Assembly (NCBI GenBank): GCA_049472315.1
Contig: JBLIRN010000012.1
Coordinates: forward strand, 11,656 to 75,655
DNA: 64,000 bases
DNA from: a bacterium
GTDB lineage: Bacteria; SZUA-182; DTGQ01; JAFGSM01
Reading direction: 5' to 3'
The notes under the pieces are model-generated. The model saw only the letters and a list, made by a program, of their open reading frames with translations, was not told the origin of the DNA and searched no databases. This document shows, in pieces, positions 46,568-57,879 of this stretch (position 1 is the first letter of the stretch; every line of letters starts with the position of its first letter). Both the position numbers and the translations under genes were made by a program.

Positions 46568-49012
46568 TTAATGGGCAACGAGCTGCTCGATTTCCGCCGG
46601 GGCGTCCTCCACCTCGTTACTTGAGCAATTGTCCGCGTGCTCCGCGGCAATCTCATCATATCCGATCAATGCCTCTTTCATCACATCTTCCATATGTTCG
46701 GCGAGCACAAAATGGATGCTCTTAAGTATCGGCTTAGGGATCTCCTTGAGGTCCTTGTCGTTTTCCTTGGGCACAATAACCGTGCTCAAGCCCGCCCGAT
46801 GCGCGGCGAGGACCTTCTCCTTCACCCCGCCGATGGGGAGTACCTTACCTCTGAGGGTGATCTCACCGGTCATGGCCACATCCCCCTTCACCGGCTTGCC
46901 GGTTACCAGGGATGCAACGGCCATGGCAATGGTGATTCCTGCAGAGGGGCCATCCTTGGGAATGGCACCCTCAGGAACGTGCACATGGATCTCCTTGTTC
47001 AGGAAGAAATTCTTTGGGATGCCCAGGATCTTGCCGCGGCTTCGCACAAAGCTCAATGCGGCCTGGGCGGACTCCTGCATGACGTCACCCAACTGGCCGG
47101 TCAGGGTCAGTTTGGATTTCCCATCCATGATCGTTGCCTCGACCAGCAGGATATCCCCTCCCGCCTCGGTCCAGGCAAGCCCGGTCGCGATCCCTACCTC
47201 GTTCTTGCGCTCCGCCCGCCTCTCCCTGTATTTGGGCAACCCGAGATACTTGCCGAGATTCTGGGAGGTTACAACGACCTTCGATTTTTTTCCCTCCTTC
47301 ACCACCCTTCGGGCCACCTTCCGGCACACCGAGGCGATCTCCCGTTCGAGATTCCTGACCCCTGCCTCCCTGGTATAGCGATGGATGATGCCCTTCAGTG
47401 AATTTTCGGAGAATTCGATGTTTTCAGATTTCAGGCCGTGTGCCTTGAGCTGTTTGGGCACGAGAAACTGCTCGGCGATCTTCACCTTTTCGTAGTCGGT
47501 ATATCCGGGCAGGGTGATGATCTCCATACGATCCTGGAGGGGCTGGGGAATGCGGTGCATCACGTTGGCGGTGGTAATGAACATCACCTCCGAGAGATCA
47601 TAGTCCACCTCCAGGAAATGGTCACTGAAGGTGTTGTTCTGCTCCGGATCCAGGACCTCCAGAAGCGCAGCGGATGGATCCCCACGAAAATCGGTGCTCA
47701 TCTTGTCAACCTCATCCAGGATGAGGATCGGATTCTTGGATTTGGCCCTCTTCATGGACTGGATGATACGGCCGGGAAGTGCGCCGATGTATGTCCGCCG
47801 GTGTCCCCTGATCTCCGCCTCGTCCCTGACCCCTCCCAAGGAGAGCCGGACAAAGTTTCGTCCCATGGCATGGGCGATGGATCGAGCAAGGGAGGTTTTG
47901 CCGCACCCGGGCGGCCCCACGAAACAGAGGATAGGCCCCTTCATCTTTTTTACCAGCCTGCGCACCGCCAGGTACTCCAGGATCCGCTCCTTGGCCTTCT
48001 TCAACCCGTAGTGTTCATCATCAAGGATCCGCTCCGCCTCATCGAGGTTCAACTTGTCCCGTGTCCTCTTGCTCCAGGGCAGAGAGACCAGCCAGTCGAT
48101 ATAATTTCTCACCACCGTGGCCTCGGCGGACATGGGGGGCATCAATTCCATCCTCTTCAGTTCCTTCAATGACTTTTCTTCCACCTCAGCGGGCATCTTG
48201 ACCTCTTTGATCTTGTCTTCCAACTCCTTGATCTCACCCCGTCGGTTGTCCAGGGTGCCCAGTTCCTTCTGAATGGCCTTCATCTGCTCGTTGAGATAGT
48301 ACTCCCGCTGGCTTTTCTCCATCTGTTTTTTGACCCGGCCCCGAATCCGCCGTTCGATCTGGAGGATCTCAATCTCCGCATTCAGGATCTCCGCAAGCCT
48401 GCCCAACCGTTCCTCAGGGTGAACAGCCTCCAATATCACCTGCTTGTCATTGAGCTTGAGCGACATGTTCGATGCAATGAAATCCGCAAGCCTGCCCGGC
48501 TCTTCGATCCCGTTGACCTTTTCAAACATGTCCGCAGGCGACTTGAGGTTCAGCTTGCAGTAGGTATCGAACCGGGACAGAACGGTCCGCATCAGCGCCT
48601 CGATCTCGGGGGTCTTGTCCGCATCGACGCAAACATCCCTGCAGCAGACCTCGAAATATTCCTCCGCACCGATGAACTCGATGATCTTGCCCCGCGAGGT
48701 CCCCTCCACCAGCACCTTGATGGTGCCGTCAGGCAGCTTCAGTACCTGGAGGATTTCGGCGATGATCCCTATGGAGAAGATATCCTTCTCAGCGGGATCA
48801 TCCACCTTCGCATCCTGCTGGGTTGCCAGAAATATCCGGCTGTTGTTGCTGTTTATGGCCTTTTCGATGGCCATTATTGATTTCTTGCGTCCCACGAACA
48901 GGGGGATGATCATATTGGGAAAAACGACCACGTCCCTGAGCGGCAGGAGGGAGAGGATAAGAATATTTTCCGAATCGTTCACTTTGGCTCTTTCCTTAAA
49001 AAACATGTCCAT
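46568..49012 (-). CDS. lon: Lon ATP-dependent protease
   Basis: LPLRDVVVFP, GPPGCGKTS, PKDGPSAG; follows clpX. Confidence 0.96.
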   Translation of the reverse strand: MDMFFKERAKVNDSENILILSLLPLRDVVVFPNMIIPLFVGRKKSIMAIEKAINSNNSRIFLATQQDAKVDDPAEKDIFSIGIIAEILQVLKLPDGTIKVLVEGTSRGKIIEFIGAEEYFEVCCRDVCVDADKTPEIEALMRTVLSRFDTYCKLNLKSPADMFEKVNGIEEPGRLADFIASNMSLKLNDKQVILEAVHPEERLGRLAEILNAEIEILQIERRIRGRVKKQMEKSQREYYLNEQMKAIQKELGTLDNRRGEIKELEDKIKEVKMPAEVEEKSLKELKRMELMPPMSAEATVVRNYIDWLVSLPWSKRTRDKLNLDEAERILDDEHYGLKKAKERILEYLAVRRLVKKMKGPILCFVGPPGCGKTSLARSIAHAMGRNFVRLSLGGVRDEAEIRGHRRTYIGALPGRIIQSMKRAKSKNPILILDEVDKMSTDFRGDPSAALLEVLDPEQNNTFSDHFLEVDYDLSEVMFITTANVMHRIPQPLQDRMEIITLPGYTDYEKVKIAEQFLVPKQLKAHGLKSENIEFSENSLKGIIHRYTREAGVRNLEREIASVCRKVARRVVKEGKKSKVVVTSQNLGKYLGLPKYRERRAERKNEVGIATGLAWTEAGGDILLVEATIMDGKSKLTLTGQLGDVMQESAQAALSFVRSRGKILGIPKNFFLNKEIHVHVPEGAIPKDGPSAGITIAMAVASLVTGKPVKGDVAMTGEITLRGKVLPIGGVKEKVLAAHRAGLSTVIVPKENDKDLKEIPKPILKSIHFVLAEHMEDVMKEALIGYDEIAAEHADNCSSNEVEDAPAEIEQLVAH

Positions 49013-49043
49013 TTTCCGGTCATATACCCCTTGTCTTCAGTCA

Positions 49044-50291
49044 TTATCCCACTTTCTCATACAACAACACGGGTGTTTCCTGTTTCTCGATGAACTCCTC
49101 CGTTATGACGACCTCCTTTATGCTCGTCTGAGAAGGAAGGTCATACATAAGGTCGAGCATCACGTCTTCCAGAATCGCCCTGAGCCCCCTGGCGCCCGTC
49201 CCCTTCTTGATGGCCTTCCGTGCAATGGCGCGCAGGGCATTGTCGGTAAAACGAAGATGTACATTTTCAAATTCGAATATCTTCTGATACTGCTTTACCA
49301 GGGCGTTTTTAGGGTCCCTCAGGATCTTGATCAGGACCGGTTCATCCAGGTCATCCAGCACGCTTACCACCGGGAGCCTTCCCACAAATTCGGGGATGAG
49401 GCCATACTTGATGAGATCCGTGTGCTCCACATGAGTCAGGGGATTCTCCTTGACATTGCCGATATCCTTCTTGCCTTCGGCCAGAAAACCGACCACCTTT
49501 TTACCCAACCTCCGTTTGATGATATCCTCCAGACCAATAAAGGCGCCGCCGCATATGAAGAGGATATCCGTGGTGTCCACCTGGATGTATTCCTGATGGG
49601 GATGCTTTCTCCCGCCCTGAGGCGGTACGCTGGCAATGGTCCCCTCGATGATCTTGAGCAGGGCCTGTTGTACACCTTCTCCGGAAACATCACGCGTGAT
49701 GGAGGGACTCTCCGACTTGCGGCTGATCTTGTCGATCTCGTCAATGTACACAATCCCCTTTTCAGCCTGCTCTACTTTATAATCGGCAGATTGGAGAAGT
49801 TTCAATATAATGTTCTCCACATCCTCGCCCACATACCCCGCCTCGGTGAGCGTGGTGGCATCCACGATGGTGAAAGGCACATCCAGTATCCTGGCAAGGG
49901 TCTGGGCAAGGAGCGTCTTCCCGCTCCCGGTCGGTCCGACCAGAAGGATGTTGCTCTTTTGGAGCTCCACATCCTGTACGTCGATGTTCGACTCCACCCG
50001 CTTATAATGGTTGTATACGGCCACCGAGAGCGCCCTCTTTGCCCGTTCCTGCCCGATAACGTATTCATCCAGTAATTCCTTCAGTTCGGATGGCTTGGGG
50101 AGCTTCCGGAATTCCTCTATTCCTTCATCGTTTATGTCGTCGGCCATCAGCTCGTTGCACATATCGATGCATTCGTCACAGATGTAGACCTTCGGACCGG
50201 CGACCATGCGACGCACATCCTTTTCCGATTTCCCGCAAAAGGAGCACTTCAGTCGGCTCTGTCCGTCTTTTTCCTTTGATTCCTTTGACAT
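49044..50291 (-). CDS. clpX: ATP-dependent Clp protease ATP-binding subunit
   Basis: CSFCGKS zinc finger, [18 protein letters not shown]. Confidence 0.97.
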   Translation of the reverse strand: MSKESKEKDGQSRLKCSFCGKSEKDVRRMVAGPKVYICDECIDMCNELMADDINDEGIEEFRKLPKPSELKELLDEYVIGQERAKRALSVAVYNHYKRVESNIDVQDVELQKSNILLVGPTGSGKTLLAQTLARILDVPFTIVDATTLTEAGYVGEDVENIILKLLQSADYKVEQAEKGIVYIDEIDKISRKSESPSITRDVSGEGVQQALLKIIEGTIASVPPQGGRKHPHQEYIQVDTTDILFICGGAFIGLEDIIKRRLGKKVVGFLAEGKKDIGNVKENPLTHVEHTDLIKYGLIPEFVGRLPVVSVLDDLDEPVLIKILRDPKNALVKQYQKIFEFENVHLRFTDNALRAIARKAIKKGTGARGLRAILEDVMLDLMYDLPSQTSIKEVVITEEFIEKQETPVLLYEKVG

Positions 50292-50326
50292 CGTTTTAAC
50301 TCCTTACCGTGCGTAATGCCCTCTGC

Positions 50327-50935
50327 CTATTTTTTGGGCTCAACAAACCTGGAGTCCTTGCTGACGATGACCTCGTCAACAAGCCCGTACTCCTTGGCCT
50401 GCTCAGGGCTCATAAAATAATCTCGTTCGGTGTCCTGCCGGATCTTTTCCAGAGGCTGGCCTGTATGGCGTACCAGGAGTTCATTGAGCTTTTCCCTCAA
50501 CCTCAGGATCTCACGGGCCTGAATATCCACATCGGTGGCCTGGCCCTGGAAACCGCCCAATGGCTGGTGAATGAGGATCCTCGCATGGGGGAGGGCAAAT
50601 CGCTTCCCCTTTGCCCCGGCAGCCAAAAGCAGGGCCCCCATGCTGGCAGCCTGCCCGATGCAGATGGTCGACACATCAGGCTTGATATACTGCATGGTGT
50701 CGTATATGGCGAGGCCCGACGTCACGATCCCGCCGGGAGAATTGATATACAGGTGGATATCCTTTTCGGGGTCCTCTGCCTCCAAGAACAACAACTGGGC
50801 AATGACCAGATTGGATATGGTGTCATCAATGGGGGTGCCCACAAAGATGATCCTATCCTTCAAAAGGCGGGAATAGATATCGTACGCCCTCTCTCCCCGG
50901 CTGGTCTGCTCAACGACGATCGGCACAAGTGTCAT
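50327..50935 (-). CDS. clpP: ATP-dependent Clp protease proteolytic subunit
   Basis: [31 protein letters not shown]. Confidence 0.97.
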   Translation of the reverse strand: MTLVPIVVEQTSRGERAYDIYSRLLKDRIIFVGTPIDDTISNLVIAQLLFLEAEDPEKDIHLYINSPGGIVTSGLAIYDTMQYIKPDVSTICIGQAASMGALLLAAGAKGKRFALPHARILIHQPLGGFQGQATDVDIQAREILRLREKLNELLVRHTGQPLEKIRQDTERDYFMSPEQAKEYGLVDEVIVSKDSRFVEPKK

Positions 50936-50957
50936 AGCTCTGTAACCTTTCTTTGCT

Positions 50958-52262
50958 TCACGGGGTGGGTTGCCCCTGCCTATTATCTTCATCGGCTCTC
51001 TCCGGGATTTCAATTCGGACGGCGTTTTCAACCACCACATCCATTGCCTTCTCCCTCAAAAGACCGGCACGGATCCTGTCCCAGGTCCCGTTCATCTTTG
51101 CCTTGTTCTTCAACGATTCGAAATCCTGCCTGGTCTGCAGGGACAGGATCTCAATTTGACGTTCGATCTCCCCTTCCGGGACATTCAGCCCCTCCTTACG
51201 TGCAATCCCTTCCTGCACCAGGGATAGGTGAACATCCTTCTTGGCCTTCGGCCGGAGCTCGTCGCGCACCTTCGCCCTGTCCCAATTCCCGGCGCCACCA
51301 CCCATGCGCAATTGGTCCTCGATATGTGCGATCATCTCATCGAGCCTTGTTTCGACCATGCTCTCGGGTGGTTCAAACGGATTTCTTTCAAGCAGGACCT
51401 CCACAAGCTCACCCCTGGCGATATTTTCGGCCTGCCGGTCGAGGCTTGCCTGAATCTGCTCCCTGACCTCTTTTTTCAGGGACTCCAGATCATCGTATTC
51501 ACCCAAATCACGGGCAAACTCATCATCCAGGGCAGGCAGGTGCTTTTTTTTGATCTCCTTGACGGTGACATCCAGTATCGCCTCCTTCCCCTGCAATGCA
51601 GGATTGGGGAAATTTTCGGGAAGCGTCATCTCCATCCTTTTGGTGTCACCCTTCCTCATGCCGATGAGGGCCTTGGTGAAATCATTCCTTCCATCGGCCT
51701 CGACCTCTCCGTCCTCCTTTTTTTTGTCCAATGGGACACCCGATACGGTGCCGGAATAGGAGAAGAGCACGATGTCCCCTGCCTCCACTGGCCGACCCTC
51801 AACCACCTCAATGTTCGCATTCTTCTCCCTGAGCCTGGCAAGCATGTCCTCCACATCCGCATCGGTTGCCTGGGGCTTTCCCCATTTGACCTCTATCTTG
51901 GTGTAATCCTTCGGTTCGATGAACGGTTTTACCTCAAGGGTGACCCCTACCGTGAGAGGTTTCCCCTCTTCGACAAAGAATTCATCGAATTGCGGTTCCC
52001 CAATAGGCTCCAGGGACGATTCAACGATTGCCTCACGATAATAGGTGGGCACGAGGCTCTGTATGACCTCCGATTCGATCTGCGTCCAATAAAAACGCTT
52101 CAGGATCGCCTTGGGCACCTTGCCCGGTCTGAATCCCTTGATCTTTGCCGTGGAATTAAACTGGCGATAGACCTTATCGAGCTCTTTTGAAATGATATCC
52201 TGCGGAATTTCAAATTCCAGCCGTTTCTTTTGATCTTGTTGATCCGTAACCGCTACCTTCAT
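50958..52262 (-). CDS. tig: Trigger factor
   Basis: GFRPGKVP motif; upstream of clpP. Confidence 0.95.
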   Translation of the reverse strand: MKVAVTDQQDQKKRLEFEIPQDIISKELDKVYRQFNSTAKIKGFRPGKVPKAILKRFYWTQIESEVIQSLVPTYYREAIVESSLEPIGEPQFDEFFVEEGKPLTVGVTLEVKPFIEPKDYTKIEVKWGKPQATDADVEDMLARLREKNANIEVVEGRPVEAGDIVLFSYSGTVSGVPLDKKKEDGEVEADGRNDFTKALIGMRKGDTKRMEMTLPENFPNPALQGKEAILDVTVKEIKKKHLPALDDEFARDLGEYDDLESLKKEVREQIQASLDRQAENIARGELVEVLLERNPFEPPESMVETRLDEMIAHIEDQLRMGGGAGNWDRAKVRDELRPKAKKDVHLSLVQEGIARKEGLNVPEGEIERQIEILSLQTRQDFESLKNKAKMNGTWDRIRAGLLREKAMDVVVENAVRIEIPERADEDNRQGQPTP

Positions 52263-52346
52263 CCTTTCTCCATTCTCCAAATGCCATTAAACCGGCCCAC
52301 AGCCTCCTACATACATGCACTCACACACTCCCTCGTATGGCTGGGT

Positions 52347-52430
52347 TGGTGCGAGAGGCGGGACTCGAACCCGCATGGTGTAACCACTGGATCCTAAGTC
52401 CAGCGCGTCTGCCAGTTCCGCCACTCTCGC
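52347..52430 (-). tRNA. tRNA-Leu (TAG)
   Basis: GCGAGAG acceptor, CTGGA-CTTAGGA-TCCAG anticodon arm, long variable arm, TTCGA, CCA. Confidence 0.95.
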
Positions 52431-52605
52431 AATATTAAGGGAAGTATAGGGGATTGTCTTCCTATGTGTCGGCAGAATTGGAATCACAGGTGGCTTAACA
52501 CAATCGGCCCTAAATCCGACAATGCCCATGACAGATGATTACCGTCCGGACAGGGGAAAATTGATCTGAAACAATACACGCCCCTCTTCAAGGAAATTAG
52601 ATAAG

Positions 52606-52677
52606 TGAGCCGTGTAGGACTCGAACCTACAACCTAGTGATTAAGAGTCACTTGCTCTACCATTGAGCTAACGGCCC
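52606..52677 (-). tRNA. tRNA-Lys (CTT), CCA not encoded
   Basis: GGGCCGT acceptor, AGTGA-CTCTTAA-TCACT, GGTTCGAGTCC. Confidence 0.93.
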
Positions 52678-52695
52678 ACATGTCGCTCATTAATA

Positions 52696-52772
52696 TGGTA
52701 CGCCCGGCAGGACTTGAACCTGCGACCTGCGGATTCGAAGTCCGACGCTCTATCCAACTGAGCTACGGGCGC
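52696..52772 (-). tRNA. tRNA-Arg (TCG)
   Basis: GCGCCCG acceptor, CGGA-CTTCGAA-TCCG, GGTTCAAGTCC, CCA. Confidence 0.95.
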
Positions 52773-52807
52773 ACGTTTTCATTTTTACGCTTGTTTTTTC
52801 TATTGAT

Positions 52808-52836
52808 TTAATAACATTTTTAGCACATCTTGTCAA
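52808..52836 (-). promoter_or_regulatory. Putative sigma70 promoter of the tRNA cluster
   Basis: TTGACA-N17-TATTAA with extended TG. Confidence 0.6.
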
Positions 52837-52935
52837 TAATGAATCCGTGGTTCCCCCTGCACCGGAGACAACGGTTCCACCGATGCTCCCGGCGCAATGG
52901 TCTGCACCAGCGGTTGCACCCTGCCGGGCGCACAC

Positions 52936-52970
52936 ATACAAAGAGGGGACGGCGAATATGCCGTCCCCTC
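52936..52970 (-). terminator. Intrinsic terminator
   Basis: GAGGGGACGGC-ATATTC-GCCGTCCCCTC followed by TTTGTAT on the minus strand. Confidence 0.7.
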
Positions 52971-53001
52971 GGTTGAGGAAGGGAATGGAGGGTAATCAAT
53001 C

Positions 53002-54327
53002 CTATCGGCAGAAATCCTCCACCATTTTATTTGCCGTGACAAACGCCGCCCCCTTGGCCTTTGCCTCGGTCAAAAAGTCCATAAAGGGTTTCCAGTACCC
53101 CTCTTCACCGCTGGTGGGGGCCTCATTCAAGCCTGTATACCAGTTATGGAAGAGAATCACCAGCGGCTCATCAAGTGATATGGCACGATCCAGGGAATCG
53201 CTGAGCAGCCCGCCCCACTCTTCGGCGGACATCATGTCCACATTCGCCATGGCAATATCGCACAGGTAAACGGTCTGTCCGTCGAATTCACCCCTGGAAA
53301 CCGGCAGCACGCAAAAATCGTATCCCTCCATGGGGAAGGGCCATGTATCATCCTTGTGTCCTTCCACGTAAGGATCCTGGCCGACCTTGAATCCGCAGTT
53401 ATAGGTAAGTCCGAGTTCATCAAGGACCTGATAGGTGTTTGCATCCTGACTGAAATACTGTGGCCGGAATCCAACCACCGGTTTATACGTGCCGCAACTG
53501 AAACACCCCTCCAGCGCGGTCTTTGCATTCTGCAGGAGCGTCTTCTGCTCGCTGTAGCTCATGGTCGCCAGTTGCTCCCCGGAATTGTATCCGTGGAGCG
53601 CGATCTCGAATCCGTCCTGGTATATATCGAAGATCAAGAGCTGATTCTGATTGGCGAATGCGCCGCTTACAAATACGGTTGCATTGATCCCACGTTCTTT
53701 CAGCTCATTGACGAGGTTCTCCACCCCCGTGACATTGTCCGCCCCCGGCCTGATCTCGGCATCAACCTGGATATTGACCAGCACCGTAGGCTCGGTGGGC
53801 TTCGTTTGCGAATCCTTCGGCTTGCTCGTGTATAAGCCGAATTGCCATCCCAGCGTTCCCCACCATACGGAACCGCCTCCAAATCCATACCCCCCGAAAC
53901 CGAGGTAAGACTGCGTAAGAGAGGGAAAGCCAATGGAACCGGTACGATTCGTGTAACTGTACTGGCCGTACGGCATGCTCCACGAATACGAGGGAAAATG
54001 ATTAAGGGCCGTTACAAATGCATTCGTACCGAATAAACCGTATCCGCCCCCGTACCCATAGATCGATGCAGTGCTGTAGTTCCCGTAGCGCATGCCGATC
54101 TGATCCAGCCATATCCCCGAGGTCCGGAAGGCCGGATCCGACCATGCCCCGTAGGGAACGGTCCGTGCCCCGGTACGGTCGGGAGCATACTGCGAGCAGA
54201 TATCGCACTCCTCGCCATAGATCTGTGCAGGTGCAAACATCAGGGCGCAGAGCAAAACCACTGACCAGAGAAAAACGAACCCCCGCACACATCCCCTTTT
54301 TGCTCCCCTGTTTCCTAACCCTGACAT
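53002..54327 (-). CDS. Exported polysaccharide deacetylase (CE4/NodB-like) with Tyr/Gly-rich N-terminal region
   Basis: Signal peptide; ATVFV, EIALHG, GFRPQYF, ILFHNW. Confidence 0.8.
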   Translation of the reverse strand: MSGLGNRGAKRGCVRGFVFLWSVVLLCALMFAPAQIYGEECDICSQYAPDRTGARTVPYGAWSDPAFRTSGIWLDQIGMRYGNYSTASIYGYGGGYGLFGTNAFVTALNHFPSYSWSMPYGQYSYTNRTGSIGFPSLTQSYLGFGGYGFGGGSVWWGTLGWQFGLYTSKPKDSQTKPTEPTVLVNIQVDAEIRPGADNVTGVENLVNELKERGINATVFVSGAFANQNQLLIFDIYQDGFEIALHGYNSGEQLATMSYSEQKTLLQNAKTALEGCFSCGTYKPVVGFRPQYFSQDANTYQVLDELGLTYNCGFKVGQDPYVEGHKDDTWPFPMEGYDFCVLPVSRGEFDGQTVYLCDIAMANVDMMSAEEWGGLLSDSLDRAISLDEPLVILFHNWYTGLNEAPTSGEEGYWKPFMDFLTEAKAKGAAFVTANKMVEDFCR

Positions 54328-54422
54328 GCGACCATCACCCCCTTTTCAAGGAAAAGTAACTGTATATATCTAAAAATTCATGGTATCCGTGGAATACCAC
54401 GGGTATCATCTGGTGAACATGC

Positions 54423-56894
54423 TCATATAATCCCGAGGATCGTCTCCTTGATCGTATCGTTGAATCCGGAAAAGGCCCTGTTCTGGATGAAGATTATCGG
54501 GAAGTAGCCGAAGCTGTTGGACATCCCCTCACTCGATCCGAATTCCTCCTTCAGCCCATTCAGTGTCGTCCAGAAATCCGACTCACTGGTCAGGTGTGCC
54601 TCAACCGGATACGTAATCGTGTCGGCGAATTCGAAAAATTGCAGGCACATAGGGCCGGTCCCGTTGTGGAATACCACGATCTTCTCGCCTACATCACCGT
54701 CTGAGCCGGAAACCGGCGGGAAATCCTCGATGGCGCAAGGATTGTTCACATTGGGCTCTTCATCGAGCGGGACTGCAGGATAGGGCTGCGCTGCATAGGG
54801 GACATTCCGGTTCTGCGGAATTTCATCGATGGGAAGCGTGAAATCCACCGTGGTAAAGTCATCCATCCCCAGGTACTTGACCCCTGAATGATCGAGGAAT
54901 TCCATGTAGACCGAATACCAGGCGGCCTTCAATCCGCTTATGCGCGTATGGGAGACCGTGCAGATCCTGTCGTGACTGAGGGCCGCGTCATACAGCTCAG
55001 CACTGAAATCCTGGGGCGTTCCCCCGCGCGCCCAAATACTGTAATCGCACAGGCTTCCGTACGCCCACTGCTCCGTGTCCATGTTGGAAACCGCAATGAC
55101 CTTTACGTTGTATCCCGCCGGCTGATACACGGTCGCCCGTGTGCCTGTGGTGCCCCGGGCCAGGACATAGGGAATGCCGAGTTCCTCAGCCACCCTCCAT
55201 GTGTTCTCGTCGGAGGCCATGTACCGTGAGGTTACTATCCGCAGCGGTCTGCCGGTACATGCCTCGATGGTATCCTTTGCCGCCTTTATGGTGGCGAATT
55301 GCTCCTCGTAGGGCACGCCCCACAACTGGGGGCCGGTGAGCGCCACAACCTCCATGCCGTAGTCGAGGAGTGTTCGAATCGTGTCGCAGTGATCGCTCAC
55401 AAAGGATGGGGCGGTGAGGAGTATGGAGGATATGTTCCTCTTCTGCAGCTCGAACACAAAATTGGTGAGCCCTTCGGTGCCCTCATACTCAATGAGGAGC
55501 ATCAGGCCCTCTGTTGCCGCCGGCGGGAAATCATCGATCGAACAGGGATTATTGACATTGGGCTCCTGATCGAGCGGCGTGAGTGGCTTGGGTGTTTCAT
55601 ATTGGACCTCGCGGTTGTCAGGAATCTGGGCAAAGGGTTTGATCACATCGACGCACCCGAACTCATCAAGGTCCACCCAGGTCACGCCCGCGGTATCGAA
55701 GAAATTGAGGTACTCCGCATTCCATGCGGCCTTCAATCCACCTATGTAGGTATGGGACACGGGAGAGATCTTGCTGTTATTCGCCGCTGCATCGAAGAGC
55801 TGCTCACCGAATTCCTCGGGTGAGCCTTCCCTTGCCCAATAGCTATAGTCGCAAAGGCTCCCGGTCCCCCACGAGGGAGATGAGACATTGGAAACGGAAA
55901 AGATCTTGACATTGTACTCCTCGGGCTGATAAATCGTGGCCTTGGCGCCGGTGGTTCCCCTGGCCAGCACATAGGATATCCCGAGGGACTCAGCCGCCTT
56001 GATGGTGTTCTCGTCATAGGCGAAGTACCGTGAACCGAATACCTGCATGGGCTTTCCCGTGCATGCCTCGATCGTCTCCTTTGTCGCCCTCATCGCCTCA
56101 TACTGCTCCTCATACGGCACATCCCAGAACGGCTTCTGAGGGCATACCCCGCCGATTTCCACCCCGTATTTCTGAAGCCTTCGTATATTTTCGCAATTGG
56201 CGGCGACGAATTCCGCCGTCACGATCAGAAGCGAGGGGATCTCCCGTTTCTGCAGCTCAAAGGCGAAATTATTCAATCCCTCGGTCCCATCAAACTCGAT
56301 GAGCAACATCAAGCCCGTGGTTTCACACGGTTTCGTGGGCTCCTTTACGGAACAGGGACATGTCTTAACCTCCCACGGATAGTAGGTGGAATAACCCGGA
56401 GAATATAGACTGTAGAGGCTTCCCAAGCCGGTTCCCAGCATGAACATGCCGGTGCTGTATGATCCCATAGTGTGCGCCGTGTAGGCATAGCCGGTCCTGC
56501 TGGTGCCGAGTGAAGCGAGCGACAGTGCGTTCTGCGGGAGATACCCGCCGGTGCCACCCTGCTGAAGGACAAAAGAGGACATGCTCGACTGATAGGGAAT
56601 GCTGCCCATGAAACCGCCCTGCTGCAGGGTCCACGGCTGCCTTAGGGAAGGATACTGGTACTGGTTGAACCATGCACTGCCGCTGTTTACAGAGTGATTG
56701 TACAACCCTTGAAGGGAAACGGCGGAGGAGGGAATCCGGAATCCCTGTTGAAAATTCAAATTATATGCCGTTGGCCCCAGCCAGGTGAGATTGAGGACAT
56801 CAGCCGTTGCTCCGGTGCAGATGTAAACCATAAATATGAGCGAAATCGCAAAAAGAAAATAAATAAGGAGCATACAAAGGGTGGTTCGTTTCAT
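54423..56894 (-). CDS. Exported protein with low-complexity N-terminus, two tandem CE4-like domains and a thioredoxin/glutaredoxin-like tail
   Basis: Duplicated GLMLLIE...GSLCDYS.WAR.G...SHT...NVNNPC.I.DFPP; C-terminal FHNGTGPMC...FPIIFI..RAFSGF. Confidence 0.7.
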   Translation of the reverse strand: MKRTTLCMLLIYFLFAISLIFMVYICTGATADVLNLTWLGPTAYNLNFQQGFRIPSSAVSLQGLYNHSVNSGSAWFNQYQYPSLRQPWTLQQGGFMGSIPYQSSMSSFVLQQGGTGGYLPQNALSLASLGTSRTGYAYTAHTMGSYSTGMFMLGTGLGSLYSLYSPGYSTYYPWEVKTCPCSVKEPTKPCETTGLMLLIEFDGTEGLNNFAFELQKREIPSLLIVTAEFVAANCENIRRLQKYGVEIGGVCPQKPFWDVPYEEQYEAMRATKETIEACTGKPMQVFGSRYFAYDENTIKAAESLGISYVLARGTTGAKATIYQPEEYNVKIFSVSNVSSPSWGTGSLCDYSYWAREGSPEEFGEQLFDAAANNSKISPVSHTYIGGLKAAWNAEYLNFFDTAGVTWVDLDEFGCVDVIKPFAQIPDNREVQYETPKPLTPLDQEPNVNNPCSIDDFPPAATEGLMLLIEYEGTEGLTNFVFELQKRNISSILLTAPSFVSDHCDTIRTLLDYGMEVVALTGPQLWGVPYEEQFATIKAAKDTIEACTGRPLRIVTSRYMASDENTWRVAEELGIPYVLARGTTGTRATVYQPAGYNVKVIAVSNMDTEQWAYGSLCDYSIWARGGTPQDFSAELYDAALSHDRICTVSHTRISGLKAAWYSVYMEFLDHSGVKYLGMDDFTTVDFTLPIDEIPQNRNVPYAAQPYPAVPLDEEPNVNNPCAIEDFPPVSGSDGDVGEKIVVFHNGTGPMCLQFFEFADTITYPVEAHLTSESDFWTTLNGLKEEFGSSEGMSNSFGYFPIIFIQNRAFSGFNDTIKETILGII

Positions 56895-57123
56895 TATGCT
56901 CATCCTCCTTATTGCACACGTATGGCGCAAAAAGATTGTGGTCAATAAAATAATGGATTCGAATTGTGATTCCCTCTAAAGGTGTTTACTGCACCTTTAA
57001 TGAGGGCATTATCGAAAAAAGGGGTGAATCGTCAATAACCGCATCACCACTCCTTACAGTAAACACGTGCTCAATCAATAACGGATTCAGTGCCCCGCCC
57101 TTCACCTCCTTCCTTTAAATAAA

Positions 57124-57293
57124 TATGTTTCTCTATCCGTTTGCAATTTATGTTTTCTTACCCACTTACAGATATGTTTCTCTATCCGTTTGCAATTTAT
57201 GTCTTCTTACCCGTTTAAAAATATGTCTCTCTACTCGTTAGTATGTATGGTTCCTTGACCGTTTATACCTATGATTCTTTGCCCGTTTCGAAA
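57124..57293. repeat. Seven tandem 24-25 bp repeats
   Basis: TATG starts at 57124, 57149, 57173, 57198, 57222, 57246, 57270; consensus TATGTYTYYYTAYCCGTTT-N5. Confidence 0.85.
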
Positions 57294-57299
57294 TATCCA

Positions 57300-57734
57300 T
57301 CACTCATTTTTCCCATTCACATAATCCATATATTTCGAAACGCCTTCATTGTTTTCATTGTGGTTTTCATTGTGCCGCTCGGACAAGCGCGCCAGGACAA
57401 GCTCCAATTCATCGAAATAGATAGGTTTTTTAAGGTACGAATAAACGCTATGGGTTATCGCCTCATGAAAAGGAAGAATGCATGACATAACGATGATATC
57501 CGAATGCGGGCATTTCCGGTGTATTTCGTTGATCAACCGGATGCCGTCCTGTTTGGGCATATTCAGGTCCACAATGATGACATCTATGCCGCCATTGCCG
57601 CCGTTCACCTTTATACGGTTGTTTAGAAATTCAGCGATCGAGTTAAAGGGAACCACATCGTGTCCCAGGTCCTTGAGGAAGCCCTGAAGGGTCTTCGTAA
57701 CTATGAGCTCATTGTCGATAAGGTATATGCGCAT
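57300..57734 (-). CDS. Single-domain response regulator
   Basis: IYLIDNE, IVDLNMP, KKP. Confidence 0.85.
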   Translation of the reverse strand: MRIYLIDNELIVTKTLQGFLKDLGHDVVPFNSIAEFLNNRIKVNGGNGGIDVIIVDLNMPKQDGIRLINEIHRKCPHSDIIVMSCILPFHEAITHSVYSYLKKPIYFDELELVLARLSERHNENHNENNEGVSKYMDYVNGKNE

Positions 57735-57879
57735 TCCATAACCATCCTCTGCTCAATGAATGCAGCTTGTGCGGAGTTTTTGCTCCGTCTCCGAGACTTC
57801 GCATCCGTGAAACAAAAATGAATCCGGATGGTGACCACATGCTGTGAGTTCATCAATGTCTATAACCACGATCCTATAG

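Noticed and set aside
46629..52190. Long ORFs overlapping lon, clpX, clpP and tig
   Set aside because: Antisense or alternate-frame shadows of conserved housekeeping genes
57124..57293. 24/25-bp repeats as a CRISPR array
   Set aside because: Head-to-tail units with no spacers
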